Part shown: positions 38,919 to 48,900 of the stretch, piece after piece
How the letters are laid out: each line of letters starts with the position of its first letter
How positions within the stretch are numbered: position 1 is the stretch's first letter
Assembly: GCA_963796105.1 (NCBI GenBank)
Contig: CAWCKJ010000004.1
Coordinates: 736,001-800,000 of the forward strand
Length of the DNA stretch: 64,000 nt
Reading direction: 5' to 3'
Source of the DNA: a candidate division FCPU426 bacterium
GTDB lineage: Bacteria; Oederibacteriota; Muellerivitia; Muellerivitales; Muellerivitaceae
The notes under the pieces: model-generated
The model's database searches: none
Told to the model about the DNA's origin: nothing
The model's input: only the letters and a program-made list of their open reading frames with translations
Position numbers and translations under genes: made by a program

Positions 38919-40256
38919 GTGGAACTGTCACAATTGAAGGAAATCCTCGTCCGGCACCGGGAACGCTTCCTGGGCCGCGCCGGCTTTGTGGGCCGGGAAG
39001 CGCAAGCGGCCATCGCTCCCTGGCTGAAACAACGCGAAATCATTTCCATCGTAGGGGTGCGCCGGAGCGGAAAATCCTCCCTTCTTAGGCTCTTGGCCGG
39101 GGACCTGGTGGATAAGGGCGGGGTACCCGAAAACCAGATTCTTTACCTTAATTTCGAGGACGAGCGTTTTACGGATTTTAAACCCCCGGACTTCGAAAAA
39201 ATCCTGGAAGCCGCGGATGAAGTTTTAGAGTCCCGCGGGAAACGGTACTTCTTCCTGGATGAGATCCAGAAGGTTCCGGGTTGGGAGCGCTGGCTGAACC
39301 GCCTCTATGAATTAGAGGATGTCAAAATATTCGTGACCGGATCCAATACCGACCTGACCGCTTCCAAAGTTTCCGCTTCACTGACCGGGCGAAACCGCCA
39401 AGTGGCTAATTTCCCCTTTTCGTTCAGGGAATACCTCGCCTTCAAGGGGTGGAAGGCAGCGGGGAAAGACGGAATTCTTCGGCGCGAAAACCGGGCTTTG
39501 GTCCGGAAAAGGCTGTCCGAATACGCCCAGACCGGTGGTTTTCCGGAAGTGGTGAAGATCGGGGACGAAAGCTTGTTGGAGCAGTATTTCAAGGACATTC
39601 TCTACCGTGACATCATCGCGGCCCATTCGGTACGCAATCAAATGGAAGTCCGTGAGTTGGCGCTTTACTTGGCCTCAAACCCCGGGTCCATCCTCAGTCT
39701 CGACAACATGAAAAAAATGATACGGGTTAAAAGCCTTAATACCGTCAAGAGGTACCTGGAAATGTTTGAGGGCGTTTTTCTTTTCATGAGGCTGAACCTC
39801 TTCGATTACTCCGTCAAAAGGCAGATATACAATCCTCCTAAATTCTATCCGGTTGATACGGGTCTCTCGGACGCGGTGGGTTTCCATTTCTCGGGAGACA
39901 AGGGGAAAATCTTGGAGTCACTGGTGTTCCTAGACCTGAAAAGACGGGCATTGGATATCTATTACTGGAAATCCAAGCAGGGTAAGGAAGTGGATTTCGT
40001 CGTCCGAAAGGGCCGAAAAGTCCGGGAGGCTATTCAAGTTTCCCTCGATCTCCGGAATTCCAAGACCATGGAAAGGGAGATGGAGGGTCTTCGATCCGCC
40101 CACAAGGAGTTAGGAGCCAAGCGGCTGGTGGTCATCACCCACGACGAGGAAAAGGAAATCAAGGAAAGCGGGCTTCGTGTTGAAATCATCCCTCTTTGGA
40201 AATGGCTATTGAACGTCGATTCACCCGAATTAGGGGATTCAGGGGATAGGCTCTAG
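38919..40256 (+). CDS. AAA_14 ATPase with DUF4143 domain
   Basis: GVRRSGKS, FFLDEIQ, VTGSN, SLTGR, GGFPE, KFYPVDTGL, EVDFV. Confidence 0.92.
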   Translation: MELSQLKEILVRHRERFLGRAGFVGREAQAAIAPWLKQREIISIVGVRRSGKSSLLRLLAGDLVDKGGVPENQILYLNFEDERFTDFKPPDFEKILEAADEVLESRGKRYFFLDEIQKVPGWERWLNRLYELEDVKIFVTGSNTDLTASKVSASLTGRNRQVANFPFSFREYLAFKGWKAAGKDGILRRENRALVRKRLSEYAQTGGFPEVVKIGDESLLEQYFKDILYRDIIAAHSVRNQMEVRELALYLASNPGSILSLDNMKKMIRVKSLNTVKRYLEMFEGVFLFMRLNLFDYSVKRQIYNPPKFYPVDTGLSDAVGFHFSGDKGKILESLVFLDLKRRALDIYYWKSKQGKEVDFVVRKGRKVREAIQVSLDLRNSKTMEREMEGLRSAHKELGAKRLVVITHDEEKEIKESGLRVEIIPLWKWLLNVDSPELGDSGDRL

Positions 40257-40340
40257 ATGAAAAACAATGAAAAAAGAACATTCTCCCGAGCAATACATCG
40301 CGGCTTGACCAAAACATGTCATCGGGGTGACAAGTAACTC

Positions 40341-40916
40341 TCACTTGAATTCAATCCGCAACCCCTCGTTCATGTCTTTCAAATTAAAGGCTTCCGGGTC
40401 GAAAGGCCTATCCAACCATTCCACCTTGTCCTTGTGCGCTGGATGCCGGGGGTCGGCCAGGGCCGCCAAAAGTTCCTTATAGCCCCAGGGACCGCCGCAA
40501 TCCTCGGACGGGCAGGCGCGCTTTCCCGCCAGGCAGTGGGGTAATTTTACCGACGGCTCCGGCTCGACGAATTTTTCCAGAAAGATCTTGTGGTACCAAC
40601 CGTCCCCCGGATCGTAAAGGTATTCCACCTTGTCGCCCGGCGCCCTCAACACTTCCCCCAACTTGACCTTCCGGGAGGAGATGATTTCGTCCCCGAAATC
40701 AGGGTCAGGTACACCGACCCTGATTCCCGCGCAATCGAATTCGTAAAGGTGGCCATCCATCCACCCCATGACCTCCTGTAACGCCTTGTGGAATTTGTGA
40801 AGGGTCATGGCCGGGTCCGCCAGGAACCGCCTCCAGACGGGAGGGTTGACGCCCAAGAGGGTGACCTTGACCTGGAAGGCAACCTTTCCCGTTTTGACTA
40901 ATTTAAGCTCAACCAT
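40341..40916 (-). CDS. Plasmid pRiA4b ORF-3 family protein
   Basis: PPVWRR..TLHKFH..MGW.DGHLYEF, YLYD.GDGW.H, RACPSEDCGG. Confidence 0.9.
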   Translation of the reverse strand: MVELKLVKTGKVAFQVKVTLLGVNPPVWRRFLADPAMTLHKFHKALQEVMGWMDGHLYEFDCAGIRVGVPDPDFGDEIISSRKVKLGEVLRAPGDKVEYLYDPGDGWYHKIFLEKFVEPEPSVKLPHCLAGKRACPSEDCGGPWGYKELLAALADPRHPAHKDKVEWLDRPFDPEAFNLKDMNEGLRIEFK

Positions 40917-40938
40917 GGGAACCTCCCCGGGAAAATAA

Positions 40939-43902
40939 TCAGTGGCAGTAGGCCTGAAGAACGTAATCGCCCGTCCAAGCCGAGCAGGAGGAGTTCACGT
41001 TCGCCGGGGCGGGGTTGTTGATCAGGTCCAGCCCCGCGTAGGCGCCCCCGCCAGTGGTACCATTGCTCCACCAGTCATAGGTCCCCCCCAGGTTCAGGCA
41101 GGCCCCCAGCCAGTAAACCCCCGGGCTCAGCGGGGTGTCGGGAAGCGGAATGATGTTCCAACCCTGCTGCCAGGTCACCACGATGGCGGAAGATTCCGCC
41201 ACGAGCGTATCCGGCAGGCCGTTGCTCCCGTTGGGCGTATAAATGAAGGCCTTGGCCATTCCGAGGATCGGGCTGCTGGTGGAAGTGATATAGACGGAAA
41301 TTCCCGCCACCGTCGAGGACGTGTTGAGCGTGTATTGCCCGAACCGGGTGCCCTCTCCAGTCAGGCCCCCGCAATCGTTGCCGGTCAGCGAGGTGCCCAG
41401 GCCGTCGCAGGGCGTGGTGGTGGCGGTCGGGGTGTAGGTTTGGGTGGGGGTGCTGGTAGGCGTGGAAGTCGGCACGGTCACAGGCTGGGAGCAGATGGCC
41501 CTGAAGGTGAAATCCGGGTAGCCGGTGGAGACGTAGTAGGAAAGGCCCGCGGGGGGGAAATTATCCGCGTAGTCCTGGGAATTGCCTCCCCCGCCCGTGT
41601 CGGCGCTGCACCACCAGTCATAGCCCGGGCCTGTGACGTTGACGGACGCCCCCAGCCAATAGTCCCCCGGCGAGAGCTGGAGGTCGGGCAGGGCCACGCC
41701 GTTCCAACCCTGCTGGAAGGTCATGACCTGGGCGGTGGAGTTTCCAAGGAGGGAGAGCGGCGTCCCGTTGACGCTGTTGTTGGAATAAACGAACACCCGG
41801 ACTAACCCGGTGGCGTTGGACTGGGCCGTGGTGATGAAGAAATCCACCTGCGACACGTCGGCGTAGGCATCAAGGTGGTACAGGCCGAACCTCGTGGAAA
41901 GTCCGCCCACGGAGCCCGGATCCGTGACCGGCCCCTGCGCGCCAAACCCGCCGCAGGTGGACGGCGGGGGCGTGGGGGTAAGGGTCACGGTGGGCGTGTC
42001 GGCCGCAGTGGGGAGGGGGTTGAGGCTGCAAAAATTCGCGGACAGCGAAAGGTGGTAGGACGCGTTCGCCGCGTTCTGGGTCCAGGGGGCGCCGAGGTCG
42101 CAGGGGCAGGCCAGGATGGTGCCGGCGGACTGGTTGGCCCCAATCTGGCTGTCGGGGCTATCCGTCGAGAATTCGGAGGCCAGGTAATATTTTCCCGCCT
42201 GCAGGTCCAGGGGCCCGATGGGGGCGTCGTTCAATCCCCCGGTGGAGGTCACGGGCGACGTGGCCGCGATCAGGGTGCCGGGCGACGAGCCCCCGTCCGA
42301 GTAGACCCCGAGCCTCAGGATTGCCCCGGGAGTGGCGTAAAAGCCGATGGAGGTGATCACGGCCTCGTAGGGGAACTGGGCCGGGGACGCGGAGGTTTGG
42401 ATGGTCCCGTAGTTGACCAGGCCGGTGGTGACGGCCTCCCCGAAGGTTCCGGGGTAGCAGAAGGTGGGTGTCGGGGTGTGAGTGCCGGGGGTGGGGGAGA
42501 AGGTGGGGGACCAGGTGCTCGTGCCGGTCAGCGTGATGGTCGGGGTAGCGGTCACGGTGGGCGTGGCGGTGGCGGTGGGGAGGGGATTGGGACTGCAAAA
42601 ATTCGCCTGTATGGCCAGTTCCCATCCCACCTGCATGGCGTCGGACCAGGCGGAGCCGAGGTCGCAGGAACACATGTGCGTCATGCCCGTGGTGTTGTTG
42701 ATCCCGATGGGACCGCCCGGGCCCGAGGACGCGAATTTAACCGCCAGGTAGTAGTTCCCCGCCGCCAGGTCCTGGGGCGCGATGGCCGCGGTGTTGAGCC
42801 CGTCCACGGCCGTCACGGAGTTGGATTCCGCCATGAGGGTCCCTGGGCCGGAGCCACCATCCGAATAGAGGCCCACCCGCAGGATTTCCCCCGCCGTGGC
42901 GTAAAAGCTGAGGGAGGAAACCTTGCCCGCGATGGGGATAACCGCCAGGGTCGCGGCGGAATTAGTCAGCCCGATGTTCCCCATGCCGGTGGTGACAGAC
43001 TGGCCGAAACTGCCGGAGTAACAAAGGGTGCCGGAAGGAGTGGGGGTCATCGTGAGGGTAGCCGTAACCGTTGGGGTATAGGAAGGGGTAATGGTGGGTG
43101 AGAAGGTTGACGTTGGGGTATTGGAGGGCGTCGCGGTGGGGGTTTGTGTCGCCGTGGAGGTGACCGTGTCGGTCACAGTGGCCGTGACTGTGGGCGTGGC
43201 TGAGTACGTAACAGTCGCCGTGTAGGTGAATGTCGTGGTCGCCGTATCCGTCGGCGTGAAAGTATAAGTGAAGGAGAGGGTTGCCGTCAGGGTATAGGAG
43301 GGTGTCTGGGTGGTTGTGGACGTCTCAGTGGGAGAAGCCGGGACGGTGAGCGTAGCCGAAGGCGTAGTCGAATCCGTTGGCGTGACCGAAGGAGTAGCGG
43401 TGGGGGTGACCGTATTGGTCACAGTAGCCGTATCAGCCGCCGTGTAGGTGAATGTCGGGGTCATCGAATCCGTCGGGGTGAAAGTATCCGTGGGGGAGAG
43501 GGTTGCCGTCGGGGTATAGGAGGGCGTCTGGGTGGGGGTTGGCGTCGTGGTGTAAGACGCTGTTACGGTGGACATCACTGAGCTTGTCGAAGTGGCGGTG
43601 AGCGTGTCGGTCATAGTGGCCGTACCAGTCACCGTGTATGTGACTGTCGGGGTAAATGAAGGGGTAAGGGCTGGAGTTGCGGTCCAAGTAAAGGATTGCG
43701 TCGCGGTGCTGGAAACCGCGGGGGTCATCGAATCCGTCGGCGTGGCGGTTTTTGCCGGGGCCGGGGGGGACGAGGGATTGGAGGAACTGTTGCTGCAGGC
43801 CGTCGGCAAAAGCGCGAGGCAGGCCGCGGCGGCGGCATAGGCGATAAACAAACGGAACTTGAGGCTCACAATATCCCTCGGCATTGAGGATTTCCGGATC
43901 AT
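40939..43902 (-). CDS. Large Thr/Pro-rich lipoprotein with four DUF4082-like domains
   Basis: LPTA-C-SNSSSNP; ~245-aa TxTP linker; four repeats with G(L/V)YSD..PGTL or LSPG.YWLG motifs. Confidence 0.85.
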   Translation of the reverse strand: MIRKSSMPRDIVSLKFRLFIAYAAAAACLALLPTACSNSSSNPSSPPAPAKTATPTDSMTPAVSSTATQSFTWTATPALTPSFTPTVTYTVTGTATMTDTLTATSTSSVMSTVTASYTTTPTPTQTPSYTPTATLSPTDTFTPTDSMTPTFTYTAADTATVTNTVTPTATPSVTPTDSTTPSATLTVPASPTETSTTTQTPSYTLTATLSFTYTFTPTDTATTTFTYTATVTYSATPTVTATVTDTVTSTATQTPTATPSNTPTSTFSPTITPSYTPTVTATLTMTPTPSGTLCYSGSFGQSVTTGMGNIGLTNSAATLAVIPIAGKVSSLSFYATAGEILRVGLYSDGGSGPGTLMAESNSVTAVDGLNTAAIAPQDLAAGNYYLAVKFASSGPGGPIGINNTTGMTHMCSCDLGSAWSDAMQVGWELAIQANFCSPNPLPTATATPTVTATPTITLTGTSTWSPTFSPTPGTHTPTPTFCYPGTFGEAVTTGLVNYGTIQTSASPAQFPYEAVITSIGFYATPGAILRLGVYSDGGSSPGTLIAATSPVTSTGGLNDAPIGPLDLQAGKYYLASEFSTDSPDSQIGANQSAGTILACPCDLGAPWTQNAANASYHLSLSANFCSLNPLPTAADTPTVTLTPTPPPSTCGGFGAQGPVTDPGSVGGLSTRFGLYHLDAYADVSQVDFFITTAQSNATGLVRVFVYSNNSVNGTPLSLLGNSTAQVMTFQQGWNGVALPDLQLSPGDYWLGASVNVTGPGYDWWCSADTGGGGNSQDYADNFPPAGLSYYVSTGYPDFTFRAICSQPVTVPTSTPTSTPTQTYTPTATTTPCDGLGTSLTGNDCGGLTGEGTRFGQYTLNTSSTVAGISVYITSTSSPILGMAKAFIYTPNGSNGLPDTLVAESSAIVVTWQQGWNIIPLPDTPLSPGVYWLGACLNLGGTYDWWSNGTTGGGAYAGLDLINNPAPANVNSSCSAWTGDYVLQAYCH

Positions 43903-44035
43903 ATCGGCCTTTTCATGGGCCGGTGACTAGGCCTGGATTATACCACCCCCATATTACGGCCGGGTAAAACCCATTTTAGCCCCCGATATGGGAGAAGGAT
44001 CTTACTGTCAAACCAAAAGACCTGGGAAACAAAGG

Positions 44036-44210
44036 TGAAATGTTAATGAAAAATGGACGGATTCGACTCCCGATGGTCGCTCACCACTGGGCAATGGAGA
44101 ATGGATAAACTCAATTAAAAATGAAGAATGAATAATGAAAAATTATTGAAAAAGTTGAGGAGTTAGAAGTTTTACAAATAACAATCAAATACCAATTGAT
44201 AATTAAATTA
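44036..44210. repeat. Degenerate 7-mer (nnnAATG) repeats with ttcgac..gctcacc motif
   Basis: aaaaatg aagaatg aataatg aaaaatt; similar tracts at 53677 and 54638. Confidence 0.65.
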
Positions 44211-44221
44211 TTCGTCCCCCC

Positions 44222-44566
44222 TCAAACCCCGAAGGCGATCAACAATTCCACGGTCAGGTAGGCTATAAACCCCAGGGAAGCCAATAAAACTCCGATAATT
44301 TTCAGGCTTTGGGCCTCGAGGAATGAAAAATACAAACCCAAATAGAAAATCCACAACGGGAAAGCAATGGACAGGCACCAGCGGACCTGGTCCGGGAAGG
44401 AATCGTTCCAGGTATTAAACGCGTTGTGAAGGTCGTAGAAAATCCCCAGCAAAGTTAAAGTCCACAAAATAAGAACTAAAAACTTCGTCCAGGGGGTTTT
44501 CTTCTCGGATAAGTAAATCGCGAGTGCCGGCAATATCAAATTCAACGCCGAAACAAAAATGATCAA
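44222..44566 (-). CDS. Small four-TM hypothetical membrane protein
   Basis: Four hydrophobic segments; AAGGA SD upstream. Confidence 0.6.
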   Translation of the reverse strand: MIIFVSALNLILPALAIYLSEKKTPWTKFLVLILWTLTLLGIFYDLHNAFNTWNDSFPDQVRWCLSIAFPLWIFYLGLYFSFLEAQSLKIIGVLLASLGFIAYLTVELLIAFGV

Positions 44567-44748
44567 GATGTTTTCCTTTCGAGCGGCGCCTGTTCCGGGA
44601 AACGGCCATTAAGGCCGCGAAATAACAACCAACGATACACTAATTTATAATGAATAACGGGAAATTAAGGGGCGTTCCAAAAGAAACAAACCAAGATGAA
44701 AGACAATGAGTCGAGGTAAAAGAATCCCGGAAAATGTGAGAATTAAAA

Positions 44749-45150
44749 CTATTTCAAATATTCATCCAGGCCAACCGTCAACTGGGGCACCGCTTTCCTC
44801 AAGGCCTTATCGCAGGTCACGCACACCATTCCCAGGGTTTTAGCCAGCGCCACGAACAAGGCGTCATAACCGCTGATTTTGTGCCTCAAAGCCAGGTCCA
44901 AGGCCTGGTCACCCTCCACGGGTTCCTCCCGCAAATGGGATAACTGGAACGAGGCTTTCCAAACGGCCCTGATATCTTCCGCCGGCATTTTTTGGTGCCG
45001 GGAGTAATTCACGAGGATGTTCAGGAACTCGATGCGCCAAAAGGAAGGAACAACCCAATCCCGTTCGCGGTCCAGGAGCGCCATGGCCTTCGGGGTATTC
45101 TCGCCCTTGATGAGCAGGTAAGCGATGATGTTCGTGTCTACGGCGATCAA
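44749..45150 (-). CDS. vapC: PIN-domain VapC toxin
   Basis: IAVDTNII, E, SGYDALFVALA, VTCD; TTG start overlaps antitoxin stop. Confidence 0.88.
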   Translation of the reverse strand: MIAVDTNIIAYLLIKGENTPKAMALLDRERDWVVPSFWRIEFLNILVNYSRHQKMPAEDIRAVWKASFQLSHLREEPVEGDQALDLALRHKISGYDALFVALAKTLGMVCVTCDKALRKAVPQLTVGLDEYLK

Positions 45151-45377
45151 GCCATTCCCTTGCGCTTCCATTGGTGGATCAACTTTTCGGTGAGGGGCTT
45201 CTTGCCCTCATAAGGCGCTGGAAGCTCGCCCGCGTAAAAACGGCCCTGGTTCCCGCTTAAACCCGCCTCCAAGAGATAGATCGCCTCCCCGTTCATGGAC
45301 CTATGGGCTTTTTGGGCCTCTTCCTTCAAGCGCCGGTGAAGCTCATCCGGCAGGTCCTTAATCACCAAAGTCGCCAT
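45147..45377 (-). CDS. FitA/Arc-like ribbon-helix-helix antitoxin
   Basis: MATLVIKDLPDELHRRLKEEA..HRSMNGE. Confidence 0.88.
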   Translation of the reverse strand: MATLVIKDLPDELHRRLKEEAQKAHRSMNGEAIYLLEAGLSGNQGRFYAGELPAPYEGKKPLTEKLIHQWKRKGMA

Positions 45378-45404
45378 GGAAACCCCCGAGGTTGAGTTGA
45401 CTAC

Positions 45405-45425
45405 CATTATGGAATCATTATGGAA
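45405..45425 (-). promoter_or_regulatory. Tandem direct repeat, probable antitoxin operator
   Basis: cattatggaa x2 between TTGACA and the antitoxin start. Confidence 0.5.
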
Positions 45426-45666
45426 GTTTTTTGTCAAGGCTCAAACAGCGCCCGGCGAATCGCCATGGTTTTTCCAGTCAAAGGACGGCCCTCCGCACCG
45501 CAGCGTAGGGCAGGGCTTCAGGCCGCCAGTTTGTTGCGGGTCCTGGCCCATCCTCCTCTGTGGAACCCATTTCTCACCGCGTCCCTGGCGCTTCCAATAG
45601 TCACGGGCCCGGACCAGCTAAAGGGATGGGTCCGCCAACATTTAACGCCTGCCTTGAGGCCGCTAA

Positions 45667-45792
45667 CTCGGCCTTCAACCTGAAAATATCCGCGTCGAGC
45701 CGGGCCAGGACCACGTTCCTGAATTTCCCGAAATGAAGGTAAAGGGCCATGAGGGATATGGCGCTGTTCAGGGCCCTGGGATACCTGAAGAG
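45667..45792 (-). repeat. Duplicate of the 3' end of the radical SAM gene (direct repeat of 51989..52114)
   Basis: 126 bp with 2 mismatches by manual alignment. Confidence 0.93.
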
Positions 45793-45913
45793 GGAGATGA
45801 AATATCCAACATTTCCCATGGTTTTATTGGGGTTAATTGATAACCCTGGATAGTTGATTAGTGGTAGTATTTATCATCTGTTGTTTGACCAGAATATGAG
45901 GTGCATATTTTTT

Positions 45914-48900
45914 ATGAAGCGAACCTGGTTCCTAAAAGCCCTTTGCCTTCTTTTATTCGCCACGCCTTCATTCGTCTCCGCCCAATCCGAAGATACTGAC
46001 ACGCCCACTTATACTTCCACTGATATCTGGACCGACACACCTACTGATGTTCCGGTTTTCACAGCGACGGATACTCCTGCCGACACGCCCACGGCTTTGC
46101 CGACTTTCACCCCGTCGGATGTTCCCACCGCCACACCCACCTTTACCTATACCTCCACCTACTACCCGACAAACACATTCACCTGGTCCCCGACACCGCT
46201 TCCTTACGGGACGAACTATTTCGGCAACAACTTCCCGTTGGACGGGAACTACAGCGATTACCCGATGACGGACCCGTCGTACCAGGGTAGCGTCCGGTTC
46301 ACGGCGAGGAATAGCGGCGCGGTATCCATCGCGTGGGTGTACTTTAGCCAGGATTCGGGCGGGCAGTACGTGGCGCAGTTCGAGGGGGATAATGCGGGAG
46401 TACCTGATGGCAACACGCTGGGAAACCCGGCGACCTTCTCCTCCGCCAATGCCGGGTGGTCCGGCGTGACGTTCACCGGCAATCCACCCAATTTGACGGC
46501 CGGGACTGTGTACCATATGGTATTGTCGGGAACCTCGAACGACGGGCCCGCCACCTACTGCACATGGCGGTTGGGGACCACGCCCTATAACGGGATGTAC
46601 CCCTACGACCAGTCCTCCGACCCCAACCAGGGGGCCGCGAAAAACCTGGGGACCGGCTGGACAGCCCTGGGCGGCGTCCAACCCCTATTCTTTCTCCAAT
46701 TCGGCAACAATTTTCTCGACGGCAACCTAAATGATTTGCAAGTGGATGAAATGGTTTACGGGAATAACCAGGAATCGGAGATGTTCGTCCTCAACGGGGT
46801 TCCCGTGACCATTACCTCCGTGGGCGCTTTCGTGAAAGAAATCGGTTCACCCTCCGAAAGCCTGACTTGGGCCATAAAAGACGGGAACGTGAACATTAAC
46901 ATCGCGACCGGAATCCTCGCCATGCCTTCTCAAGTGGGTCCGGGATACCAGTGGGTGGAAACGAACCTCCCCACTCCCTTGGTATTATCCCCGGATAATT
47001 ACATTTTCGCTTTAAACTCCAGCGGGTCCTCAAATTCCTCAAATTGCTATAGCTGGAGCCTGGGCGGATGTGAATCTCTTGGGTTTAAATACTTGCTCGC
47101 TGGGACGTATGAGGGGTACCTGGCGTCTGGGGCCTACTCAATAGACGGCGGTTCCACTTGGAATCACTTCCAAAACCCATACGTCAACAGTTTCCCTTTC
47201 CGGTTCCTGCAAAGCCCCGCGGGTACACCGACCCCGACCCCAACGCCGACTCCGCCCGGGACAAGCTACGTGGGGAACCAATCGGTCGTTTCCAGCCCCA
47301 ACGATCTGGTTTTAGACGACTTCAGTATCCGGGGAAGCTTGAGGTTCACGTCCAGGATCAACGGCCCAGTGACGGGCGTTGATTTATATATCGACTGGAC
47401 TTACGCGGGCCCCTTTTACAGAATCGGGATCCAGGGCGATAACAACGGCATACCCAACGGGACTTATCTCTCCGCGCCGGTCACGCAATCCATTACGAAG
47501 GTTGGCTGGCAGACATTCGCCCTGGGCCCGGGCGTAACCCTTTCCTCCGGCAATATATACCACGTTGTTCTTGAAACGGTTCATTACGGGGATTTTATGG
47601 GCGGCTCGGTCCTATGGAGGCAAGCTACCGCGCCGGCGGCGCAGCTATATCCATCGGGCCAGCAATCCGACCCGAACATGGGTATCGCGCAGGATTTAGG
47701 GAAAGGATGGGCCTTCGTCCCGGGTTACCAGCCGATTTTCGCCCTCAGGATCTCAAGCGGCCCGATGGACGGCAACCCCTATATTGCCTCGAATGATTGG
47801 AATATCCTCGGCACCGTCCAATTAGGCGAACGGTTCCTGGTCAACGGCCTCCCGGTCACGGTCAGCACCGCCGGCGCTTATGTGAGGAAATACGGAAACC
47901 CAAGCGGGAATCTGAACTGGGCCATTCAAGTTTTCACTTCGGGGATGACGGTCACCACCGCGTCAGGCACCCTTGCCGCTCCCAGCCAGGTCGGAACGAA
48001 CTATCAATGGGTGGAGGCGCCCATACCCTCGACCCGTTTAGCTCCGGGGATATACAGGTTCGTCCTTTCCTCGCCCGGGTCCACGACCCAAGGGAACGGG
48101 TATCAATGGAGCATGGCTTACTCGAATTTTGCCAGTCCGAGCCCATATGCGAACATCACTTACGGCAAGGACATGGCCTTCGGGGAGGAATCAAACGACG
48201 GGGGATCCACCTGGAGCGGCCTGGATATCTCCCCATACTATGGCAATGATTTTTGCTTCAGGATGTTAACCGACCCCAACGCCACTCCGGTCCCCACGTC
48301 CACCCCCACCCCCACGGGTTTCCTTGCCATCGGCAACCAATCGGTGTATTCCTCGGTCAACAACCTCGTGCTAGGCGACCCCGGAACGCGGGGAAGCCTT
48401 CGATTCACGGCCCGGCAAAGCGCCCCGGTGTCGGGCGTATGCCTGTATATCGACCACTCCATAGGTACCCCTCAATATAAATTCGGCCTGCAAGGGGACA
48501 ATAACGGGTTTCCCGCCGGGACTTATTTATCGGGCCCCGCGACCCTGGCGTTTAATAATTACGGCAACGGATGGGTGACATTGGGGGTGAACCCAAGCGT
48601 GAACCTGGCCGCCGGGACGGTTTACCACGTCGTCGCGGAACCAGTGAGCGTGAACGGGACCAACTATGCCGTTTGGGAGCAATCCACCGTCCCCGGCACA
48701 AAGTTATATCCATTGGGCCAGCAGGCCGACGCGAACATGGGGATTGACCAGGACATGGGGAATGGCTGGAATTTTGTCCCGGGTTACCAACCGGTTTTTG
48801 TCCTGTTGAACGGCGCGGGTCCTTTCGACGGCAATCCTTATATATTCGGTTTTAACATGGATATATACGGGTCGAACGAATATTCGCAGAGGTTCACCCC

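Noticed and set aside
44053..44086. tRNA-like ttcgactcc..cacca fragment
   Set aside because: No cloverleaf or T-stem pairing; better explained as a REP-like motif also seen near 54670
45601..45819. 72-aa ORF as an independent gene
   Set aside because: It is the duplicated 3' fragment of the radical SAM gene
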